This document shows, piece by piece, positions 1-7,396 of a DNA stretch of 15,269 nt. Source of the DNA: Thermoproteota archaeon (GTDB taxonomy: Archaea > Thermoproteota > Thermoprotei > Thermofilales > B9-G17). The DNA is taken from NCBI GenBank assembly GCA_029258885.1, contig JAPDJW010000017.1:1-15269 (forward strand), read 5' to 3'. Numbering within the stretch: position 1 is the stretch's first letter; every line of letters begins with the position of its first letter. The translations under genes were made by a program, and so were the position numbers. Below the pieces are notes generated by a model that saw only the letters and a list, made by a program, of their open reading frames with translations, had not been told where the DNA came from and did no database searches.

Positions 1-17
1 ACCTAAAGCTAGCACGC

Positions 18-2015
18 CTAAGGCGGTGGAGGAGGAGGCGGTGGCGGCGGTCCTCTTCTCCTTCTTAATATTAATGTGACCGCTACTATGGCGAGGATTA
101 ATGCTCCTAATACAGCGATAAAAACAATGTTTAATTCCTCCTCCCAAACAGCGGTAAACGTCTTGGGTCCATCAACTGTGAAATAGTATATCTGCTGTGT
201 AGAAACAATTGAGCCTGTTTCATCCCTCCAGCCCTTAAACACCTTATTGAAGGGTATTCCCTCAATTTTTTCGGATTCAATAGATATTGTAGCAGTGCTA
301 CCTTTTCTATACCATCCCTCGCCACTACAGTTGGAGTACTCCGAGTAAATTCTAATATAATATTGTGTATCCCATTTAGCAATGAGCGTTATTGGCTGGG
401 TAACAGTGAAACTATACGTCTGCTCGCTTGACAAAACATTACCCTCAGTATCCATCCATTCCGTAAAGACCCTCCTAGTATCATTACCATGGTCAACAAT
501 AGTCTCGGAAACGCTCACCGTTGCAGTGCTCCCTTCATTATACCATCCACCTCCCTCCACATCTCCATAGGAGGATTGAACATCTATGAAGTATTGCTTA
601 ACATACTTCGCCTCAAGAACAATGTCGTCGAGTATTTCGATAGCTCTAGGATTATCAGTTGAACCATCCTCCCACCCAGCGAAGACGTACTTAATGCTAT
701 CCTTAGAAACCTCGGAAGCAGCCTTTATCTTATATGCCCCAATAGGAACGCTGAACTCCACCTCACTACCGTATTTCTTCTCAATACCGTTATCAATCCA
801 GAAATCATCACCCGGAGTCTTAACCTTAAGCTTAACAATATCAGAAACTTGCATTAACATAATGTCGAAGTTTTTATTTGCGTAGGACTCGCCTGTGCCT
901 CCGCATATGTAAAGCTTATAGTATCGGATCCTAATGCCATTACCCCAAATATCGCTTCCAGTATATAACTTATACCACTTCACATGGCCATCAATATCAA
1001 GCTTAACTAGAATCATCTTAACAGTAAAGTTACTTAGATAGAATATGCCTCCGCTAGCGTATATAAATCCATTATATATATCGATGCCAGCGAGGTAGTT
1101 ATAGATGTTGTATTCACTCATTTCACCGAACTCCTTCTTCCAGATAAGGTTAAAGCTAAGGTCAAACTTAGAGACATATGCATGATATATGTAATCTAAA
1201 TCCATGAAATTACCTACAAGGTATATGAAGTCGTTAACGATAATGAAGTCGCCAATATATACAGAGTAGGCCTCTGTTTCAGGAGAATATTCGTGTTCCG
1301 AGAGGAGTGTTCCATCCAAACTATATTTAAGCAAAACAGCTATAGCTTTAGAGTCGTGCTTAACAGCTCTAGCAATAACATAAACTTTATCATCATGTAT
1401 AAATACTCTGGGACGGTCTGTTGAGTAGTATTCCGTATATTCTTTCACCCATAGAAGGCTGCCATCATCCTTACTGAAGCATGCAAGGAAAATACTTCTC
1501 TTGGGTTTATATTTGTATCCAACAACATAAACTCTATCACCATATACCTTAACATCGATAAATATCTCGGTATCGTCAGGACTACCCCAACTTACCCTCC
1601 ACTTCTCATCAAAGTTTTTATAGCAAATTAATAAGCCATCGAGTTGGCCAACAGAACTAACTACATACCCAACAACATAGGCATATTCATCATTACCATC
1701 AACCTCTACATCTATCCCATGGCCAACTGAAATAATATCTGGACTTTTCAAACAATAAACCCTACCGAGAAAGTCCGTCGCAATAAGTATCAGCTTATGC
1801 TTAGGGGGACTAACGTCCTTATCACTTATATAACCAACAAAGTAAACGTATTTGTTTGAAGCATCCATATCAAACGCATTACCATAAATATTGGTACCGT
1901 AGGGAAACGGCTTAATCCAGTCAACTATAGGCTCGCCGGAGGCAACGTATAATGGGGAGAACGCTAAGAATACTAAAAGATATATCGTAATCAAATATAG
2001 ACGCACAATCCGCAT
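18..2015 (-). CDS. Secreted, C-terminally membrane-anchored surface protein: beta-propeller, then divergent InlB B-repeat-like domains, TM helix and polyproline tail
   Basis: N-terminal hydrophobic signal (MRIVRLYLITIYLLVFLAFSP). Propeller blade repeats (DVKVYGDRVYVVGY, DFIIVNDFIYLVGN, GIDIYNGFIYASGG; LLKYSLDGTLL, LVKLDIDGHVKW). Two full and one partial GxGWYxxGSTAT...VFxxW repeats. C-terminal TM helix (IVFIAVLGALILAIVAVTLIL) followed by RRRRG and P10. GGTGA lies just upstream of the ATG on the minus strand. Confidence 0.8.
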   Translation of the reverse strand: MRIVRLYLITIYLLVFLAFSPLYVASGEPIVDWIKPFPYGTNIYGNAFDMDASNKYVYFVGYISDKDVSPPKHKLILIATDFLGRVYCLKSPDIISVGHGIDVEVDGNDEYAYVVGYVVSSVGQLDGLLICYKNFDEKWRVSWGSPDDTEIFIDVKVYGDRVYVVGYKYKPKRSIFLACFSKDDGSLLWVKEYTEYYSTDRPRVFIHDDKVYVIARAVKHDSKAIAVLLKYSLDGTLLSEHEYSPETEAYSVYIGDFIIVNDFIYLVGNFMDLDYIYHAYVSKFDLSFNLIWKKEFGEMSEYNIYNYLAGIDIYNGFIYASGGIFYLSNFTVKMILVKLDIDGHVKWYKLYTGSDIWGNGIRIRYYKLYICGGTGESYANKNFDIMLMQVSDIVKLKVKTPGDDFWIDNGIEKKYGSEVEFSVPIGAYKIKAASEVSKDSIKYVFAGWEDGSTDNPRAIEILDDIVLEAKYVKQYFIDVQSSYGDVEGGGWYNEGSTATVSVSETIVDHGNDTRRVFTEWMDTEGNVLSSEQTYSFTVTQPITLIAKWDTQYYIRIYSEYSNCSGEGWYRKGSTATISIESEKIEGIPFNKVFKGWRDETGSIVSTQQIYYFTVDGPKTFTAVWEEELNIVFIAVLGALILAIVAVTLILRRRRGPPPPPPPPPP
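21..50 (-). repeat. Ten consecutive proline codons immediately before the stop codon
   Basis: Minus strand reads CCG CCG CCA CCG CCT CCT CCT CCA CCG CCT TAG. Confidence 0.95.
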
Positions 2016-2239
2016 AAAATCACCTGTATCATTAAATATAATATAGATAATTAATAAAGATAGCTATTATAGATAACTGCTAAATAAACTGAAATATTTA
2101 ATATCCTTTAAGTAAGCATCTAAAATACCATAACATTATATGTAGTTTATTTACGAAAATTTATTTACATATTGATTAGGAAATATATAAACATCGAAAG
2201 TATTTAGGGAAGTACACAAGGCCTAATATTAAAAGCTAA

Positions 2240-2266
2240 AAGAAGTTATAAAAATTAATAAAAAAG
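2240..2266 (-). terminator. Putative archaeal oligo-T terminator of the acoAB transcript
   Basis: The minus strand just after the acoB stop reads CCCTTTTTTATTAATTTTTATAACTTCTTTT. Confidence 0.5.
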
Positions 2267-2271
2267 GGTAT

Positions 2272-3252
2272 TTACTTAACTATGCTCTTCACAGCCTTAA
2301 TTATATCCTCCTCACTAGGCATCCAGGCATCCTCAAGCACAGGGCTGAATGGAGTCGGTGTATCCGGTGGTGTAACTAGCTTAACAGGCGCCTTCAGGTG
2401 CTCGAACGCAAGACTTGCTGCCAATGCAGCAATATCAGTTGCAAATCCACATCTCGGATAACCCTCGTCGACAACCACGAGTCTACCAGTCTTCTTTATG
2501 GAGTTTAATATTGTATCGACGTCAAGAGGCTTCAGCGTTCTAGGATCAACTACCTCAACGCTAATTCCCTCCTCCTCAAGCTTCTTAGCTGCACTAAGTG
2601 ATCTATGAACCATTAAAGCCGTAGCAACAATAGTTACATCCTTACCCTCCCTCTTAACATCTGCTACACCTAGAGGTACTTCATAGGGTTCCTTGGGTAC
2701 GGGACCCTTTATACCGTATAGCGCCTTATGCTCAATAAATATGACTGGATCATCATCCCTAATACTTGCAATAAGCAGTCCCTTAGCATCGTAGGGTGTT
2801 GAGGGCATAACAACCTTCAAGCCGGGGACGTGTATGAATAGTGCATGTAGGGACTGGCTGTGCTGGGCAGCAGCTCTAAATCCTGCACCACACGTAGTTC
2901 TCACAACCAATGGTATCTTTGCCTTACCTCCAAACATATACCTTATCTTAGCAGCCTGGTTGTATATCTGATCGTAGGCGACACCGAGGAAATCTATGAA
3001 CATCAACTCTACAACAGGCCTATATCCTACAGCAGCAGCGCCAACACCCGCTCCAATAAATCCGCTCTCAGCAATAGGCGTATCCCTAACCCTCTCAGGA
3101 CCATACTTCTCTAGAAGCCCCTTAGTAACCCCGAATATTCCGCCGTAAACTCCCACGTCCTCGCCCATTACAAATACCTTCGGATCCCTAGCCATCTCCT
3201 GATCGAGAGCCTCATTTAAAGCCTCAGCAAATGTAATAACCCTTTCACCCAT
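2272..3252 (-). CDS. acoB: TPP-dependent acetoin dehydrogenase-type E1 beta subunit
   Basis: Motifs GEDVGVYGG, RDTPIAESGFIG, ELMFIDF, AAQHSQ, DPVIFIEHK and EVVDPRTLKPLD. Start moved from the ORF-track 3291 to ATG 3252 (MGERVITFAEA), which follows a GGGGTG SD and lies just downstream of the acoA stop. Confidence 0.93.
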   Translation of the reverse strand: MGERVITFAEALNEALDQEMARDPKVFVMGEDVGVYGGIFGVTKGLLEKYGPERVRDTPIAESGFIGAGVGAAAVGYRPVVELMFIDFLGVAYDQIYNQAAKIRYMFGGKAKIPLVVRTTCGAGFRAAAQHSQSLHALFIHVPGLKVVMPSTPYDAKGLLIASIRDDDPVIFIEHKALYGIKGPVPKEPYEVPLGVADVKREGKDVTIVATALMVHRSLSAAKKLEEEGISVEVVDPRTLKPLDVDTILNSIKKTGRLVVVDEGYPRCGFATDIAALAASLAFEHLKAPVKLVTPPDTPTPFSPVLEDAWMPSEEDIIKAVKSIVK

Positions 3253-3263
3253 AACACCCACCC

Positions 3264-4274
3264 CTAGATAGGCCACCTCCAAACAAGCCATCCCTTAGTT
3301 GGAGTAGAATAAACGTCCTCAAGTACTTCCTTCGGATCAGGCCATGGACTCTCCTCAGCGTATTTCACAGCCTCATCGACGAGCTTCCTAATCTTCTCCT
3401 CAATACTCTTAAGCTCCTCCTTAGTAACAATACCTTTACTCAACAGCTTATCCTCAAATAGCTTAATTGGATCCTTATTCTTAACCCACCACTCAATTTC
3501 CTCCTTAGACCTATAGATCTGTGGATCGCCCTCAAAGTGCCCCTTAAACCTGTACGTCCTAGCTTCAATAAGCGTTGGCCCCTCACCACGGCGAGCCCTC
3601 TCAATAGCTTCCCTAGCAACCTCATAAACAGCTAACACATCCTGACCATCCACCTCAACACCAGGTATACCGTAGGCCTTACCCCTCTCAGCAACGCTCT
3701 TAATAGTCTGTTGCTTAGAGTACGGCAGCGATATCTGATAGAGGTTATTCTCACAGACAAAGATTACCGGAAGCTTCCATATAGCTGCAAGGTTAATACC
3801 CTCATGGAAGTTCTGCTGGTTGGAAGCACCATCACCAAAGAATGAGACAGCAACCCTATCAACGCCAGCGAGCTTAAAGGCTAAGGCGGCACCAACTGCA
3901 TGCGGTATACCGCCACCAACTATACCGTTGGCTCCAAGTTCTCCAACATCTAGATCCGCAATATGCATTGAGCCGCCCTTACCCTTACAAGCACCAGTCT
4001 TCCTTCCGAGAAGCTCAGCCCACATAGCTTTCAGGGATCCACCCTTAGCTATAAAGTGTCCATGGCCTCTATGGGTACTTGTTATAACATCGTCAGGTCT
4101 AAGATTCGCCATAACTCCTACGGCAACAGCTTCTTCACCAGCGTATAGGTGCACGAATCCCGGTATCTTACCAGCCGCAAAATATTCCGCAGCCTTCTCC
4201 TCATTTATTCTTATGGTAAGCATCTTTTCGTACATCCACAGAAGTTTTTCCTTCGGAATTTCCTCTACAGACAA
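3264..4274 (-). CDS. acoA: TPP-dependent acetoin dehydrogenase-type E1 alpha subunit
   Basis: IPGFVHLYAGEEA, TSTHRGHGH, TPP motif GDGA...ENN and GHFEGDPQxYR are all characteristic of AcoA rather than generic PdhA or BkdA. Likely start is TTG 4274 after a GGGGGGA SD; ATG 4292 is the alternative. Confidence 0.92.
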   Translation of the reverse strand: MSVEEIPKEKLLWMYEKMLTIRINEEKAAEYFAAGKIPGFVHLYAGEEAVAVGVMANLRPDDVITSTHRGHGHFIAKGGSLKAMWAELLGRKTGACKGKGGSMHIADLDVGELGANGIVGGGIPHAVGAALAFKLAGVDRVAVSFFGDGASNQQNFHEGINLAAIWKLPVIFVCENNLYQISLPYSKQQTIKSVAERGKAYGIPGVEVDGQDVLAVYEVAREAIERARRGEGPTLIEARTYRFKGHFEGDPQIYRSKEEIEWWVKNKDPIKLFEDKLLSKGIVTKEELKSIEEKIRKLVDEAVKYAEESPWPDPKEVLEDVYSTPTKGWLVWRWPI

Positions 4275-4292
4275 AATTATCCCCCCTAGCAT

Positions 4293-4577
4293 AATAATAA
4301 TTTAACATTAGATATATTAGCTTTAGCACTCAATACTTTAATTCTTTACCTATAAGCATTAATATTAAAATAAAATGCAAAATAACTTGATATGGAGGTT
4401 AAATATTAACTTTAGTGGTTAAAGATAACGCCTTCTCTTACCTTGCTATCTACGCCTAGCTATTATCTTTACTATTTTAAATGGTAGGGTTGAATTAAAG
4501 GAAGTATTATAATGCATATATAAAAGAATATATAACTTTACTAGAATATATTCTCTAGAAAAATTTTGGTGAATGAT
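4293..4577. promoter_or_regulatory. Divergent promoter region for acoAB (minus) and lipoyl-acoC-Lin0512-acoX (plus)
   Basis: AT-rich intergenic gap. Minus strand has AAAGC-TAATATAT at about 4324-4312. Plus strand has a TATA-like TATATAAA at about 4517-4524, a perfect palindrome AGAATATATTCT at 4543-4554 and SD GGTGA at 4568-4572. Confidence 0.6.
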
Positions 4578-4820
4578 ATGGGTGAGATAGAGGTTCGTAT
4601 GCCTAAGTTAGGTCTAACAATGGAGACTGGAACAATAGTTAAGTGGCTAAAGAAAGAGGGCGACCGAGTAGAGAAGGATGAGGTTATAGCTAACATAGAA
4701 ACCGAGAAGCTAAGCGGTGAGATAAAGGCGCCAGCATCAGGAGTCCTAGAGAAGATACTAAAGAAAGAGGGAGAGGAAGTTCCAGTCGGGGAAGTTGTTG
4801 CTATAATAAAGACGGGCTGA
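4578..4820 (+). CDS. Stand-alone lipoyl-carrier protein (detached E2 lipoyl domain)
   Basis: MPKLGLTMETGTIVKWLKKEGD, lipoyl-lysine turn IETEK, EIKAPASG and VPVGEVVA form a complete biotinyl/lipoyl domain. SD GGTGA (4568-4572) supports ATG 4578. It has its own TGA stop. Confidence 0.92.
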   Translation: MGEIEVRMPKLGLTMETGTIVKWLKKEGDRVEKDEVIANIETEKLSGEIKAPASGVLEKILKKEGEEVPVGEVVAIIKTG

Positions 4821-4825
4821 TTCAA

Positions 4826-5665
4826 ATGGCTGAAATAAAGATATCTGACGAAGCCCGTATTCTAGCGGAGCAATATGAAATAGATTTAACTAAGATTAGG
4901 GGGACAGGACCTGAGGGCGAAATAACTCTAAAGGATGTCGAGGAATATATTAAAGAGCATTTTCTCCCAAAGGTTAAGGAGAGAAGGCCGCTACGTGGAA
5001 TAAGGAAGGTTATTGCGACAAGACTCAGCAAAAGCTATAGAGAGGCTGTGCACCTTACACTCAACATGGAGGTCTCAGCGGACAATCTGATAAAGTTTAG
5101 GGGAGAGCTTGCGGAAAAGCTTGGTGTAAAGCCCAGCTATACAGTATTATTGCTTAAATGTGCTGCGAAGGCTCTACGTGAAAATATAGAACTTAATGCG
5201 TCACTTGAAGGAAACGAGATAGTAATCTATGATACAATAAACATAAACATAGCAGTCGATACACCATTCGGACTACTAGTCCCCGTGCTAAGGCAAGTTG
5301 ACGAGAAGACCTTAGAGGAGTTAATGAAGGAGTATAAGGATGTCATCGAGAAGGCTAGAAAGGGACTTCTAAAGGAGAAGGATGTTATAGGAGGCACATT
5401 CTCGCTAACAAACCTGGGTATGCTCGGCGTAGACTCCTTTACACCAATAATTAATCCGCCGCAAGTTGCAATCCTAGGAATAAATAGGATGGTTAAAAAG
5501 CCCTACGTCGATGAGGAAACAGGGGAGATTAAAGTTGGAACATTCGTAAATCTATCGCTAACCGTAGACCACAGGGTAATCGATGGAGCTCCAGCAGCAA
5601 GATTCCTACAGAGAGTTAAGCACTATATCGAACACCCTGAAGAGGTTAAATGGTTTGCCGAATAG
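4826..5665 (+). CDS. acoC: Dihydrolipoamide acetyltransferase E2 core (PSBD plus catalytic domain, no lipoyl domain)
   Basis: The N-terminal subunit-binding domain (ARILAEQYEIDLTKIRGTGPEGEITLKDV) is followed by catalytic-domain motifs INIAVDTPFGLLVPV, GGTFSLTNLG, PIINPPQVAILG and the catalytic DHRVIDG. Confidence 0.92.
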   Translation: MAEIKISDEARILAEQYEIDLTKIRGTGPEGEITLKDVEEYIKEHFLPKVKERRPLRGIRKVIATRLSKSYREAVHLTLNMEVSADNLIKFRGELAEKLGVKPSYTVLLLKCAAKALRENIELNASLEGNEIVIYDTININIAVDTPFGLLVPVLRQVDEKTLEELMKEYKDVIEKARKGLLKEKDVIGGTFSLTNLGMLGVDSFTPIINPPQVAILGINRMVKKPYVDEETGEIKVGTFVNLSLTVDHRVIDGAPAARFLQRVKHYIEHPEEVKWFAE

Positions 5666-6041
5666 ATGGACTAGACTATTAGTTGAGGTAGGGCTAGGAG
5701 TAGAGCAACACGGGCAGGACCCCACTAAAGCCGCTATAAAAGCCATAAGAGACGCCATTCAAAGGGTCTGTATACCATATCTAGTGGAAGAAGGATTAAT
5801 GGAGCCAGATAAGATAAGGCTTAAAGTAACGATCGGCGTCCCCCATCACGATAGAGTGGACGTGGAAAGAATAAGGAGGGAAATTCCCCTCGAGGGAGAA
5901 GCCGAATTCGAGATTATTGAGGGCGGATTAAAAACTAGATGCGTAATGGTTCCGGAACTCGGGGATAGGAGCGATGAAATGCTTATAGCAGTAGCCTCTA
6001 TAACACTTTATGTGAAGAGGAGTGGGTGTAGGAATGGCTAA
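5655..6041 (+). CDS. Lin0512-family protein, copy A (motif-bearing)
   Basis: EVGLGVEQHGQDPTKAAIKAIRDAI matches the family GxGxDxHGQDxTKAA signature with D replaced by E. IGVP, IIEGGL and IAVASITLYV also fit. Likely start is TTG 5655 after GAGGT (5642-5646), overlapping the acoC stop, rather than the ORF-track 5583. Confidence 0.8.
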   Translation: MPNRWTRLLVEVGLGVEQHGQDPTKAAIKAIRDAIQRVCIPYLVEEGLMEPDKIRLKVTIGVPHHDRVDVERIRREIPLEGEAEFEIIEGGLKTRCVMVPELGDRSDEMLIAVASITLYVKRSGCRNG

Positions 6042-7044
6042 ATCAGTTATAGGGCTTATAGCAAACCCTGCTTCAGGGAGGGATATCAGGAGGCTGGTAG
6101 CCCACGCCAGCGTAATCGACAATATAGAGAAGGCTAATATAGTTAAGAGGATCATAGCCACGCTGGAGTCCCTGGGAATAGATAAGATGATAGTTATGCC
6201 AGAAACCTTCGGCATAACAGAGAGAGCTATTTCAATGCTACCTAGAAAGCCATCATTAGACATAGAGTTCATAGAGATGAGGGTTAGGGGGGATTGGCTG
6301 GACACTTATAATGCGGCAAACTACATGAAGGGTAAGGTAAACGCAATAATAAGTATAGGTGGCGATGGAACCAATAGGGTTATAGCTAAAACCGGGATAG
6401 AGGCGCCTATTATGCCCATATCAACCGGAACAAACAACGTCTTTCCATATATGATTGAGGCAACAATAGCAGCTGCTGCAGCAGCCGTAGTAGCACTGAG
6501 AGTTGTTCCAATAGACGAGGCAACGTTTAAATCTAAGAGAGTTGAGATCTGGAGGAATGGTGAGCTGGCTGATATAGCCCTAGTGGATGCAGCGCCAACT
6601 CTCCATCAGTTCGTTGGATCTAGAGCGGTATGGAAGCCCGAGTTCGTTCGCGAGGTTGTTTCTTGTCTCTGTGCACCATATAACATAGGTTTAAGCTCAA
6701 TACCGGGAGTATATAGGACTATAACCCATGAAATGGATGAGGGAATGTATGTTAGAATATCGCCCAATAAGGGGAAGACCGTATGTGCTCCAATAGCGCC
6801 CGGCTTCTTTAGAAGCTTCAATATAGATGAATGCAGAGTTTTAAAGCTGAGAGAACACGTGGAAATAGTGACAAAGCCATCAACCATAGCCTTAGACGGC
6901 GAAAGAGAGCTCGGAATAGGTAAAGAGGATGAGGTAACAGCAGTTATAACTAGAAATGGATTGAACGTAATAGACTATAGGAAAGCTTTAAAACTAGCTT
7001 CAAGAAGAGGCTTCTTCGAAGATATCTCGCTGAAAATAGCATAA
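6034..7044 (+). CDS. acoX: AcoX, ATP-NAD kinase-like acetoin catabolism protein
   Basis: IGLIANPASGRDIRRLVAHAS is the AcoX-type N-terminus. It also has GGDGT (NAD-kinase/PfkA/DAGK superfamily motif), STGTNNVFP and ALDGERE. ATG 6034 overlaps the upstream stop. Confidence 0.87.
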   Translation: MAKSVIGLIANPASGRDIRRLVAHASVIDNIEKANIVKRIIATLESLGIDKMIVMPETFGITERAISMLPRKPSLDIEFIEMRVRGDWLDTYNAANYMKGKVNAIISIGGDGTNRVIAKTGIEAPIMPISTGTNNVFPYMIEATIAAAAAAVVALRVVPIDEATFKSKRVEIWRNGELADIALVDAAPTLHQFVGSRAVWKPEFVREVVSCLCAPYNIGLSSIPGVYRTITHEMDEGMYVRISPNKGKTVCAPIAPGFFRSFNIDECRVLKLREHVEIVTKPSTIALDGERELGIGKEDEVTAVITRNGLNVIDYRKALKLASRRGFFEDISLKIA

Positions 7045-7087
7045 GATTTTAATAAAGAATAAAATTAAGTTAAACGAGGTGTATTGA

Positions 7088-7396
7088 ATGGAGAAACTGA
7101 AGGCAGCCTTCATATTCATTGCTCCTGAGGCCGATCCTTCAAAGCACAGAGCAGTAGTAGATACACCAGTTGTACAGTTAATAGTTGTCGGGGTAAAAAG
7201 CTATGATGAAGCATGTAAGGTTGCAAAGGAACTTATTAACGAAGGAGTAAAGGCTATAGAGCTATGTGGAGGCTTTGGACATATAGGAGTAGCTAAAATA
7301 GTGGAAGCTGTAGAGGGGAAGGCGGCGGTAGGAGTAGTTAGATTTGATATACACCCTGGATTAGAGGGAAAAAGCGGAGACGAGATTTTTAAATAA
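7088..7396 (+). CDS. Small conserved protein of unknown function, DUF6506-like
   Basis: AAFIFIAPEADP...LIVVGV...IELCGGFG...VGVVRF pattern, recognised from memory as DUF6506. Strong SD GAGGTG upstream. Confidence 0.7.
   Translation: MEKLKAAFIFIAPEADPSKHRAVVDTPVVQLIVVGVKSYDEACKVAKELINEGVKAIELCGGFGHIGVAKIVEAVEGKAAVGVVRFDIHPGLEGKSGDEIFK

Noticed and set aside
131-885. ORF-track ORFs 131..382 (-), 382..570 (+) and 586..885 (+)
   Set aside because: They lie entirely within the 665-aa surface protein gene, have no SD or recognisable motif, and are best explained as shadow frames.
2272-4274. Annotation as pyruvate or branched-chain 2-oxoacid dehydrogenase
   Set aside because: The motifs PGFVHLYAGEEA, GHFEGD and AAQHSQ and the linked acoX point to the acetoin dehydrogenase family.
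2860-4305. ORFs 2860..3114 (+), 3440..3625 (-) and 3820..4305 (+)
   Set aside because: Antisense or alternate frames of the highly conserved acoA/acoB genes, with atypical composition.
4336-4500. GAATTAAAG shared in opposite orientation by the two aco promoters (4336-4344 and 4492-4500)
   Set aside because: A 9-mer AT-rich match in a very AT-rich 280-nt region is plausibly chance.
4818-4828. Programmed frameshift or readthrough fusing the lipoyl domain to the E2 core
   Set aside because: No slippery heptamer or linker-coding sequence lies at the junction, and each part has a clean stop or start. Two separate genes is the simpler reading.
4541-6887. ORFs 4541..4825, 4822..5031, 5928..6305 and 6606..6887 (all -)
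   Set aside because: Ser/Ile-rich antisense shadows of the lipoyl, acoC, Lin0512-A and acoX genes.
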